This document shows, in pieces, positions 36,201-47,207 of a stretch of DNA of 64,000 bases. The stretch comes from Phoronis australis. Lineage: Eukaryota; Animalia; Phoronida. Every line of letters begins with the position of its first letter. Positions within the stretch are counted from its first letter, which is position 1. Below the pieces are notes generated by a model that saw only the letters and a program-made list of their open reading frames with translations, did no database searches and had not been told where the DNA came from. The stretch covers positions 124,001 through 188,000 of the forward strand of contig NMRA01000152.1 in NCBI GenBank assembly GCA_002633005.1, given 5' to 3'. The position numbers and the translations under genes are program-made.

Positions 36201-39200
36201 GTTTATGCCGTACACATTGTCATATTTTTCGAATTAGAAGGGCACATAATATAAAACTTGGTTGCAGATGCAGCAGTAACAACACCATTAATAGGACTGT
36301 TTAGCTTACAGTGAATTAAGGTAACCAAACAGAACTAATAGAAATAGCATCGGGGTGGCAATTTTGCAATATAAATTCCATTAAGAAAACCTCCGTGTCT
36401 TCAAACTGTACTTAGGTAAACAGCAATGCAAAACCATGACATCAGAGAACCACCACATTTTCAACCTCATAGAGTTTATCAGACAGTTTCATAACACAAT
36501 TCCACTAATTCTGCTCACCTATTATCCTCCTCAGACAGTACGTCAAACCATCCTTGATGTTGACTGCCTTGTAACACAGCGTGGGGAAACCGAACGTGCT
36601 CGATTTGTGCATGGGGTTGGTTGAGCTGGACTCTAGTGGACAGAGGTGATGATAGTTATCCACCTCCTCTGGCACACTGGACATGTCATCAGGCATGGCC
36701 AGGGTGACGGCATGTTTGTTGAGCAGTTCCTACAATGATGACAGTAAACGTGACGTGTCATATAAGGTACCGGATATATGATATATATTTCCACTAATTT
36801 TCTATTGAATTTCCGTGATGCAATTTTCAGTTCAATTGAGTGATTTTTCCGTACATATCAATAATATCTAAGAAAATTTTCATGGATTTTTTCTTTTTTG
36901 TTTTTCCATTCTTGAAAACTATTTTTGTAATTTCATGCTTTAAATGAAAAGACAATGGGCAACTTGATATTGTCCAGGTTGCGCTCACGAACAAAGGTAT
37001 CTCTTTTGACAACTGAATAGATTGAAAGCAGAAAACAGTTCATCAGCATGGCAGCATTCCTGTGCTAGGGCCCCACGTGATTTACTTGACTGCAAAGGAA
37101 GAAAGGATACTCATTTCACTTCCAACATCTAATGACTTTAATTGAGACACCATTGAAAAACTAGGAAAATTGGCGAAAGTTTTTCTGGATCTATACATAG
37201 AAGCTGAAGCCGCATTCTCAGCAGTGACTCAACTTACCATCTTCAATTCGTCTGGCATGAAGAAGGACGGCATGTTCGGCCGTAACTTCATGTGGGCGAT
37301 ATGCGGTGGTACACTGGCGTACATAGTGTAGGTTGGAAATACCTGGAACATCATCAGACACACGTGTGAACTGGCAACAGAAGGCAGGAAATAACAAAAA
37401 TATTAAGATTACTTATTACAATACAAAATGTAGGTCTTGACCCAACCAGGAAATTCGTACTGCTACTACTTGAACCTGGTTTGCCGGACTGTATGTGCCG
37501 TATTCGCCCTATTAGGCGCCCTGTTGCATGAAACAGTCCCAATTAGGGACTCAACTAAGATCCCTAAATCTAATGTGTATTTTTGGACTTGTGAAAACAT
37601 CGATTGCCCTTTCTTGTATTGTTTTAGTTTCATTATTAAGCTATCTTTTGACTTTGATACAAATCAAAAGTGAACTCTACGTTAAATTGTCAACATAAAC
37701 GAAAATAATTAGGGATCTCTTCATGCAACACCCAAATTTAAGGACTAAGTCCCTATTTATTTTCAATGAACTCTGAGTTCAGTTTTTTATTTATTAGAAA
37801 AAGTCATTATTAAAACAAAGAGCTCACACTAAAGAAGAAATTATAGAAAAATATTGCATCTGTGAGTCCATAAAGACACAAATACGCAAAAAAGACTTAG
37901 GAACCTTAGTTGAGTCCCTATTTGGGACTACTGTTTCATGCAACCTGCCACAGTGCGCTTATTAGGGTGAAAACGGTACTTAAGAATTCCCAACAGCTGC
38001 TGGGGAAGGAATTTCATGTGGCATTCAACCATTTGCATGATACGACACGCAAGTTTAGCAATGAAAATGTGGACATCCTGTGCAGAGAGAAAAACTGATT
38101 CAACAGGGGGCACATATCACTATCTACAGCCAAGCCCTAAAGCCTTCTCTCAGGACACAGTGTGGCCTAGCGGGATAAGTGTCGGCTTCCTTTACTCAAG
38201 GTGGTGGGTTCGAGTCCCACTGGGGCAGGCTGATAGACCCAGTTCCTCAGCTCGGTTTTATCTATATGTTAAATAAATAAAGTACAAAAATAGTTCTAGG
38301 TGATCAGTGCAATGGGCCCGAGTGCCCTGCGCAAGTTTGGTACCAGACTGTGTGCGATTATTTCAAAGCCTTCTCTCAATAAGCTGGATGTAGCCAGATT
38401 TAAAAAGTCATCTGCAAGGAATGGGAGTGTTGACAAAGTCACCAGACAAATGAGATCCTACGTGACCGGACTTCCCGCCGCAAGCAGTAACCATCATTCC
38501 CTCACAGAAGGGGAATCAGCTCCAGACCAAGGAATTAGTAAATGCAGTCAGTCCAGCAGACCAAGTTCAAGTATTAACAGTGTTATCACCATTCATAACC
38601 TAAAAAGCAAACCCACAACGACATGGTTGGAGCAAACTATACACAAAGACCGGTATGACACAAAGTCATGTCTTGAAGATGTCAATAAAACAAGACTTAC
38701 CAGTTTAGCTGGAGGAGTCTGATGGTCACCCTGGGAGTAGAAATATGTAGTACCACCTTCAACATATTCCTAAAATAGAATGCAACAGCGTTATAACTGA
38801 TCACCGCTAATCTAGACAATGTATACTACATTCAAGATTAAAATGTTACATGAATACAGTTAAAAATTTTTTTAACATTTACTCGGGGTTGACTAGAAAT
38901 GTATTTCTTTACAGTTCAGGAAAACCGTTGCTATAATCCCCTGTACCCAGCAACATCAAAGTAATGAAAACCTGTAGTGACCATCCACCGATTGCTTGAA
39001 TGTCCCATAGACATCTTGAAGATTGAGTTGATTGGCAAGAATATACCTCGACATATTTTGACAGGTACATAATTACGTTGAACAAGGAGACGTTACCAGT
39101 CACCCTCACACACACAGTCCAACCAAAGACTAAGGCATTTTTATGCAGAGTATTTAACACAAAACAGTGAATACCTCAAATGGACACGATTTGTTAAACG

Positions 39201-42200
39201 CCCTGAGAATGTTTAAATTTAATAACTTCGAGAACAAAACAGTGCTGCTTTGAGTCAGTACAAGCCACATGGTCAAATTGTTGAATAATTTTTGTTGAAC
39301 AACAAATGCAGTTGGCCCACTAAGAACTGACCTATCGCCAGGATTTTTAATGACGGATCAACTGACCAATCAGAATGCAGCATTCTTGACACACTTTTGT
39401 TTCCAAGCTGCCATTTTAACCGACAAACAACCGCCGGGTAAAATTTATTGTTTGTCAACTTTCCACAAGGGGGCAGAGCTTGCAATAGGTCAATTGACGT
39501 CCAGGCTGATAATAAAATGTTAGCTTACAAGCTAAACCAAATAAACCTAAAAGGTGTTAAACTGACAACCAACCAACCAAAACACAATTACTCAAACTTG
39601 AACAAAGACAAACATGCAAGCAGTACAAGTGAATGCAAAGAATGTCCAACTATAATATGACACCATTGCAAAATGGCATTTTTTGTATCCTGCAGGGATC
39701 TAAAAATAATCCCCAGTATGAAATTGTACTAAGTCAATAATATAAGCAGGTCAAATTAACTTTGTGTCTTCTCTTGTGACCTATTATAAAATTAACACGG
39801 CACTCAAAACATTTTATTTGAAATCTGACTAAAGGATTTCTTCAATTAGAAAGACATAATTTTTCCGCAATAAAAAATAAGCATGCCCCGACAATGAGAA
39901 GTGGAAAAATAAAATATGTTTCAGAGCTACCAACTCACCTCAGAGGAGTGAGGGTAGGGACATTTGAAGTTTTTCAAGGATGACCTTTTCAAGATTATTA
40001 CCAGCACGAGCCAAATGAAACCAACAAATACACTGAAAACGTGAACGTCCACTGAACAATCCACAGATCAGGCCAACGTCTGATCACCATGCAATGAATC
40101 ACCAAACAAAACAATGCAAATGGTCTTAATTACCAGAGACACATGGATTGACACCCACCTTTGGTTAACACGTGTCCGCAAATAAGTGTTCAGACACATG
40201 CTTTAACTTTACACTCAACTCACTGCAAACAATCTCTGGTACATCTTGTTATTTGAACTACTCAGACTTTTCAAAAAGCAACCGATCCCTGCTTTCACAA
40301 ACTCGTCACAACATGTGCACTTGACTGAATACGAAACACGTTACACGATACTGCTGAGACTGGTAAGTTCTGCAAGCATGCGAAAGGGTGAGTTCAGTGA
40401 CAGTTCATCGGGCTTTTAACGTTTATTCAGAATTAGCTTGGAATGGTAACAACTTCAAGCAAAAGATTCCCATTTGATTTTTAAGGACACCCACACGTAG
40501 AGTTGTAAGCGAGTGACCCTTTACAAAATCCTGAATAAGATTTCTTCTGTAGGGACCATCTCAGCAAAAATGTGTTATTAAAATGAACAGCAGCGCGAAA
40601 TAAAAAAACCCAGCAGGGTGCAGCAACAAGCACCTCCAGACAGTTGACGCACGGAACAATGGTGAAATATTGACAACACAATTCCTTTCCAACACAGTAT
40701 GTGTCTGAATTATTATAAAGTAAACTTTGAGTTTCACCTGCCGACAGGTCAGTCTACACACCTGTAACCAACATTCGGTGGGTGCCAATCACTGGGAACA
40801 TGGTAATGCAATGAGTTACCTTGTCAAGCTTTTCCCTCATGTACAACACTCGCCTCACCAAGTCAGCCTGCCATGAAAACTAGCCCAAAGTTGCAAACTT
40901 GACAAAGAAATAATATCCACTTCTCGAGTTACGAATTAGAGAGTAGTTATTTGGATTTTATTTCTCCACCAGTAGTTCAGCTCCACTTGGAGGACTCAAA
41001 ATTTACATAAAATTGCCAAAATGGCTCATTAAGGTTAAAAACGACGCGAATGCTGTCCCTCAACAATGCTTGTTTTTTGGAGGATCGCCAATTATACCAC
41101 GTATTTGAGAAAGTGGACAGTACGCACATAAAGTGAATCAAAGCACTGCTGCATTATCAACTAATTTTGTATAGAAGTAGGATTTTTCAGAAACAATGAA
41201 CACTTTATACTCCCAACTAACACATTCCTTACTCCAGCTAATGACACTCAATGTTAACAAAATGTTAACAAGACCTTATGCGAGTCACAATGCGACATCA
41301 AGAGCCAATTAGCATAACTGCACTCTCTTTTCAAAATCCTGTGTGTTTAAAGACCACGCTACCCAACATCATGGCTCCGGCACTCATGAGCAAAGTTACC
41401 CACTTTTGGACACAGCTTATGGACCTGTAACCTTTGTTAATTGACTCACAAACTCGTGTCTGCACTCACAAAACATGGCTTCCACATCCACAGTTCACTA
41501 GCTACTAAAAAGCGCACCGATGACCAAGCGAAGAGTCTGTGGGCCTTGTTTACAGGTGCCAGGGCCATGTGTGCAGTCTGCGAGCCGAGATTGATGGTGG
41601 GTGCGAGTCTGTTAGCGGCACTTTTCAGGAGCGTAAGCCGTGTTTTGTGAGCGTGGACACGAGATTGTACATTATGTTTTTCATAATAAACATAAAAAAG
41701 TTTGTGAGCTAGTGAACTAAGTTTACAGGCCTGTGAGCTTTGTTCATAACTGGGGAACTATGCTCATTAGTGAATGAGCCATGTTGTCTGGGTAGCCTGG
41801 AGATGGGTTGTCCAAATTTGTCGGACTAGCACAAACTGCAGCATTAACTTACAAGTCTTAGAGTCCAGAGGCTACAACTGAAGTAGACCTAACTTCGAAA
41901 GTGGTGTCACTAGGCAGCACATTTCAAAACAGTCTTAAAATACTCTTTACCCGTAACATTATCGAGAGCACCTGTGTTTTCATGCATCATGGTGACCTAT
42001 CATAAGCATATATATAAACATGACTCACCTGTTGATAACCTGTTGACGAGTTGTTAGTAGTGTTCAAGTGACCCACAGGTGACTGGGTCCTTCTTGCCAG
42101 GAGGGGAGACTCACCGGGGCTGGCGGGATTGGGTCCGACTGAAAGCAAATGCCACCAGGTCATCAACCAAGATGGGGGGCAAGGGAGCCATGGCTCCCCC

Positions 42201-45200
42201 TAAAATTCTCCCAGATTTCATTTGGAAGTACGGGGGTGCAAATGTCTGACGGCAAAAACCTGCTAATACTCTGCCTTGGCCCCCCACCCTAACACAAAAT
42301 CCTGGATCCGCCCCTGAAAAACCATCATATTTATCAAGAAACAAACTGGTTACAAAGACTTCCTAGCCATGACAACAATTGACTTCTAGTATCAGATGTA
42401 AATTAGGGGTCACAAACAATTGATGTACTTAGAAACACTTTGTAAGGCAAACTAGCCCTAAAAACTTATAACAGCTTTTCGAGACGCTACTTCACTTGCC
42501 ACATAAACCATAATGTACTTGTGCACAGAATAATATACAATTGACTTGTGTTTGCACAAAAGTAGTCTCAATAACAATTCCGAATTTAGTTTTGAGTACA
42601 AAGATCAGACCCCGGCCCTGATTTGTGATATGTATTCTAGAAAGCACCAAGGAAATGTGTGTCCCTTTAAGTAACAGCACATGATGTTGAATAATAATAC
42701 AAATACAGATTGACAGAGCACTACATAACCTTCTACGTAACTTTGTATAAAAACTGTGGTAAAAAATGGTAAGCCACAAAGTCTATCGGACTACCGAGGC
42801 CTAGTGTATACGGATCTACACACAGAATGCGATACAGACCCTCATCATGTCTTGGCTATTGGCAGTTCTGTCGGACAGCAGTGACAGAGATAGGTGAAAT
42901 ACTACGTAGGAGTGCACTCCGATCACTGGGGTGTACAAACCATGAGAGATGAGGTCGGTTTTGAGGGAGAGCGGTGTGGATGTTGGTATGAAGTCATTGT
43001 AGTTTTTCAAGTTGTTGAGAGATGGCGTACTGACACTGTGCGTGAGCCCTCCACCAGACTTGGGAACAAACTCCACTGCTGATGGGTTCACTGGCGGCAC
43101 CTATTGACAAAGATCGGCAACTACTTTCAGAGCGAGTACAGACATTTTGAACAGGGAGAACATTCGGTGTTTAAATAACATCTGAAATAAGGATGCATAC
43201 AAACTCGCATAATTGTAGAAGATCTAAGTTTATCAAGTATACCTTGAAGAAGTCTGTATAAAACTCCTAACTTCAAATGTTATCAAATAAAGCCAATACG
43301 AATGTCATAATACAACATAGGTTACATCCACAATGGTCCACACGGTAACAATCAAAAGCAAAATAAAGGACATTACCCAACTGAATGAGATAACTTCTCA
43401 GGCCACAGAGTACCATTTTTGCATGTAAAAATCCCTCCTAAAATTTTCTAAAATCGCCCAATGCAGTTGACTACGTATTGAGAATATGGGCAATTGAACT
43501 ATCACAATATCCATAGGCCTGAATATATCCGGAATAAACGGCTGAAATTTGAACCACCTGGTGGCCAAGCTAGGTTATTCCTAAGCCTGTAAAGCAGTTA
43601 AGGCATAGAGAATCTAGTCAATGCATCAATAGATCATGAAAAGACACTGAGTCAACAAATCTGAACACGTTCATTAACAAAAGATGATGGCTCCCTACAG
43701 TTCCAGGCAGGAACTTAACATGTAGCAGACAGTTAGTTGTAAGTTACATAATATACAGGACTGAGAAAGCATACCATTCCGTCAAAGTTCATGGCTGAAA
43801 ACTTCTGACTCAAATCCGACGGCACAAATGGCTTAGCGTTCTGTGATAATCCGCGACCTGCCATTCTCTGTGATAAAAGTATACACATTACTCATTTGAC
43901 GACAGCATTGTATGACAATTGAATTTTCTTGCTTAAATGTATGCTACATGTCTGTGTCAGTCTGTGTCAGGAAAAGAACAAAACAGGGACTGCAATTTTA
44001 ACAATAAAACTGCCAAACAATCTAAATGGCAAAATCTGAGGTAACGCATTTGTTCTAAAACTTGGGGCATTTCATCTATGGCATTGTCGTCATTTTTCAA
44101 ATGCATTGTGGGATGGCTGACAGCTCGTAAACATCCAGTGATATAACAGATAACTTGCGGACGTGTAATCGGATTTGGGTTTGGGTGGTGACCCGAGAAT
44201 CTTCCTTGTCAAAGATTTGTTAATCTATGAAATGTTTGATGCGTTTTGAACTTGGCTTTCAGTCTTTCACTTTTCTATGATGGTGGCTTGTCATACTTCA
44301 CACCAGAATGCATGTTACGGTAGACCTTTGCTTTCAATAGGAAGCATTCTATCTTCAACTGTAGAATTATGAAAGCACAAAAGCATCAGTCAATTTCAAA
44401 TGTTGGTGAGCATGACAGCTGTAATACGAAATTTCGTTCATTCACGAACAGTTCTGTGTAAATCATTTGAATATCTCACTGCAGAACAGTGGCAATCTGA
44501 CAGCATGATGGCGGCATAACAGAATCGGGGTGGAATTGGTGAAGAGTGTGTGTGGGGATTTCCCCTCACACAAACAATTATTGACTCAGAAAGCAGAGGC
44601 ACCTTTCCTCAAGTGAGCCAGGTACCTGAATGCAAGTTAGGTCAAACATGTCTATGCCAAATGAACCATGAGAATTTTCTATTGTGAGGCTGCGAAGCGA
44701 ATACCTTATTCATTTTTTTCTCAATCTGCAAGCCCAAATTCTCACCATTGAAAAAGAGAACCAAGTTGCTGAAGCGCTTGGTTGATTTCATTTGCCCAAA
44801 AATGAAATTCAACCATTCACTCATAGGACTTCATTATGGCACCTTCCAAAGGGGATTCCTGTTCTGAACAGAATGCAGGGTAAAATTTGTCTTTATCCCC
44901 TTTATTTCAAGGAGAGAAAAAAGACGACAATGGAATGAACTAGCCCAGCTGGTACATTTTATTGAGCATTCATTCATTGTCTGCAGTTAACCAGTATAAG
45001 CTATGCACTTGGCTACGGGTTTGCATTCAGACAGTGGGCTAAGCATGCAGCTCTTCCTCTGGACTAATCTAAAGGTAAGATTTACACACACACCTGCTGA
45101 GTGTAGTCCTTTAGTCCGTTGCTGTTGTACGTGGCACTGAAGTACTGGTCACCATTACCCCCCTCCACTTCTGAAACAATAGAGGCACACCACTAATGTA

Positions 45201-47207
45201 TACTTGAATGTGGCTGAATGGCAACACTAAACACACCCACGCATGCACGCGTCCGATAAATAACGTGGCCTGAAACGGCAGAATGGAAAACCAAAAACTC
45301 AAAACTGCATATTTTCAGGTGTTTTGAAGCTGCACAAAAAATCAAAACAACTTCACTCGGTGAAGTATCTATGCATAGATAGTGGTAGTCATTCGCATTG
45401 CAATGGTCTGGAAATGAGGACGTGAAATTCTTTGAAAAGTGCAATTGAATTCCTGTGGTTAAATAGTGCTCACAGTGGCTTGGTAGACGCGAGCATCTGC
45501 ACGGATTGCAAAAGGTCCCAAGACTGGTCCCCGTCGGGACTGAAATTTTAGTTCAGATTCATTGTGAATAGGTCACGACTTCACGTCAGGTGATCATTAT
45601 GACTCTGAAGAGGTACCAAAGTAGCATCACACTTGATGTTTCCAATTGTAAATACCAAGATTTTTGCTAAGAATCTTAGTCTTCAATTGTTTTACAGTAA
45701 ACTTCACTGAGGAGACAACAGTCAGGATACGTTTTAAAAAATGACACTTGGTTTCGGAAGCTGAGTGCAGAAATGAGACATCTTACCCATTTACTCCGTA
45801 AGCCAACACTATAGTGTATTACCTTACTTAGATCCGGGCACATCTCCACATGCGTTTTTTTTTCAGTAGAAAAAGCATATCTTGTAATACCAGGCGCCAA
45901 CAGCAATGCCAGGCGACCATTTCCAATTCTGACAACTGGACTTCATTTCTTCTGCTTCTCTTTCTCATAAATTGTCTGTTTGCCAAACTATTTTTGAGCA
46001 CTCACGAAATGCTCCATCAATTCAACACATTAATTGTGAGCCAACTTGTGGACGAGACGGTCTTACCAACTGGTTGGTCACTGCCATTTAATCCAAATGA
46101 TGTAAATATTAATTCTCATGACTTAGGGGGTGTTGTAGGGATAATTGGAGTGTGTCCTGTATCATTGGCACAAAAACAGTTTCATTAACGCATCAACGAG
46201 CCCATTAAAATTGGAAGGGAATTAAGAATAAAAAATATAACACGGCCCATTGGTCCACCAAATCGACGCATAGACTTGACGGGTCAATTTACCCTCAACC
46301 ACGTTTTTCTATATTGATCCATGGTGTTGGTGAAGGGATTCTGGGAAAACTATACATTTCCAAAGGGTGAGGTGTTTCTCAATTGATATCTGCAAATGCA
46401 ATTTTGGAGAGCAAAACTATGACTCTCTGCAAACACAGCAATTGTGAATTTCTATTCCATGTACTTTAGACAATGCAATCCCTGGTTTGCTGACTACCCA
46501 TACAGCTATGGCATGGACTAAGACTCAACCTTTCTAGGATTGTTTCATAACCTGCCATTGTGCCTTTATGGAGAGTCAAGGATCAGAAAAGTGACACAAT
46601 CATGCTATCACAAACCTAGACTTGAGCCTGAGGTATGAGACAATAAAGACAGAAGTCTTCACTTGACTTCAACTTCCAAATTTGACCTAAGTGAGTTCAT
46701 AACCTTGTTTGCTCAAGAGCTACATTTTTTGCAGTCCTTTATTTTGAATTGAGAATTAGGTAATCATTTCAAAACGCCTGTTGTTTAGTAAATGAAACTG
46801 GTGATCAAAATCAGGCACCAACAAAATTGACCCGATAGACTTGCGTTTTGGTTGACATCGACAGATACTGTCACTGAAAGTTACGGACAGACTTGACATT
46901 GACCTGCTGACAGACGAGTCGCAGGAATCTTAGTTTTTTGTCAGCGATTTCTTAGGTTAAAAACATTTTTAACAACTCTCAAATAGTAGATGCCCTGACC
47001 AAACAATTTACGTCCATACATACCACCTCTTGCGTTCAAATGAGAATTTCCTGACTGAAACTGTTGTCGTGGGGGACTACGGGGAACTCCAGTGGCATTT
47101 TGAACATCATGTGTGAATTGACAATCATCGCCATAAAAACAAGTTCCGTTTGCAAGAAAATATCGACATGGTGCGGTCTTCCTGGCTGTCGTGACTGCAT
47201 TAGCCAT
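30261..47207 (-). CDS. PAN3: PAN2-PAN3 deadenylation complex subunit PAN3, 16 coding exons, about 709 aa
   Basis: Exons 5'->3': 47207-47024, 45170-45094, 43867-43775, 43100-42941, 42138-42029, 38769-38701, 37342-37238, 36729-36519, 35967-35851, 35215-35078, 34631-34475, 34028-33941, 33051-32912, 32547-32353, 31134-30996, 30407-30261 (2130 nt, phase-consistent). CCCH finger CRYFLANGTCFYGDDCQFTH, PAM2 motifs, GGTTYFY, pseudokinase (LREVFTTKAFGD, LPESLIWSYIVQL), coiled coil [43 protein letters not shown]. N-terminal exons 2-5 are less certain. Confidence 0.93.
31590..31650 (+). mobile_element. 5'-truncated tRNA-derived SINE interrupted by the MITE
   Basis: ccagaaggtcccggttccagtcctagtccgg is B-box-like. 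The body resumes after the MITE (ttatgttcatcaggtcacatga) and resembles 45510-45590. Confidence 0.5.
31651..32162 (-). mobile_element. MITE family A, long form
   Basis: CAGGGCTTGGAAT...ATTCCAAGCCCTG; TSD AGACTT. Confidence 0.92.
36068..36201. mobile_element. Short GC-rich MITE (CAGTGGTGGAT...ATCCACCAGTG); related copy at about 42170-42316
   Basis: Inverted ends plus a shared core g(a)aatgtc(c/t)gacgg..aaaa...gctaata.tctgcc.tggcccc...aaaatcctggatcc in both copies. Confidence 0.75.
37523..37944. mobile_element. MITE with ~45-bp TIRs
   Basis: gttgcatgaaacagtcccaattagggactcaactaag ... cttagttgagtccctatttgggact(act)gtttcatgcaac. Confidence 0.85.
38155..38365 (+). mobile_element. tRNA-derived SINE
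   Basis: A box TGGCCTAGCGG, B box GGTTCGAGTCCC with T stem gtggg/cccac, followed by a non-tRNA body. Confidence 0.65.
41353..41800. mobile_element. MITE with ~100-bp imperfect inverted arms
   Basis: cca(c/g)gctaccca..ca.catggctc...cact.atgagca.agtt.ccca...cctgtaa.ctt.gtt.a...ctcacaaact is present on both strands at the two ends. Confidence 0.8.
42170..42316. mobile_element. Short GC-rich MITE copy
   Basis: Ends in AAATCCTGGATCCGCCCCTG; homologous to 36068-36201. Confidence 0.7.
45470..45600 (+). mobile_element. Degenerate tRNA-derived SINE
   Basis: gtggcttggtagac...gagca...ttgcaaaaggtccc...ccccgtcggg is a tRNA-like head; body resembles the element at 31590. Confidence 0.4.

Noticed and set aside
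38300-38722. 140-aa plus-strand ORF
   Set aside because: Non-ATG start inside a SINE, antisense to a PAN3 intron/exon, and no recognisable motifs.
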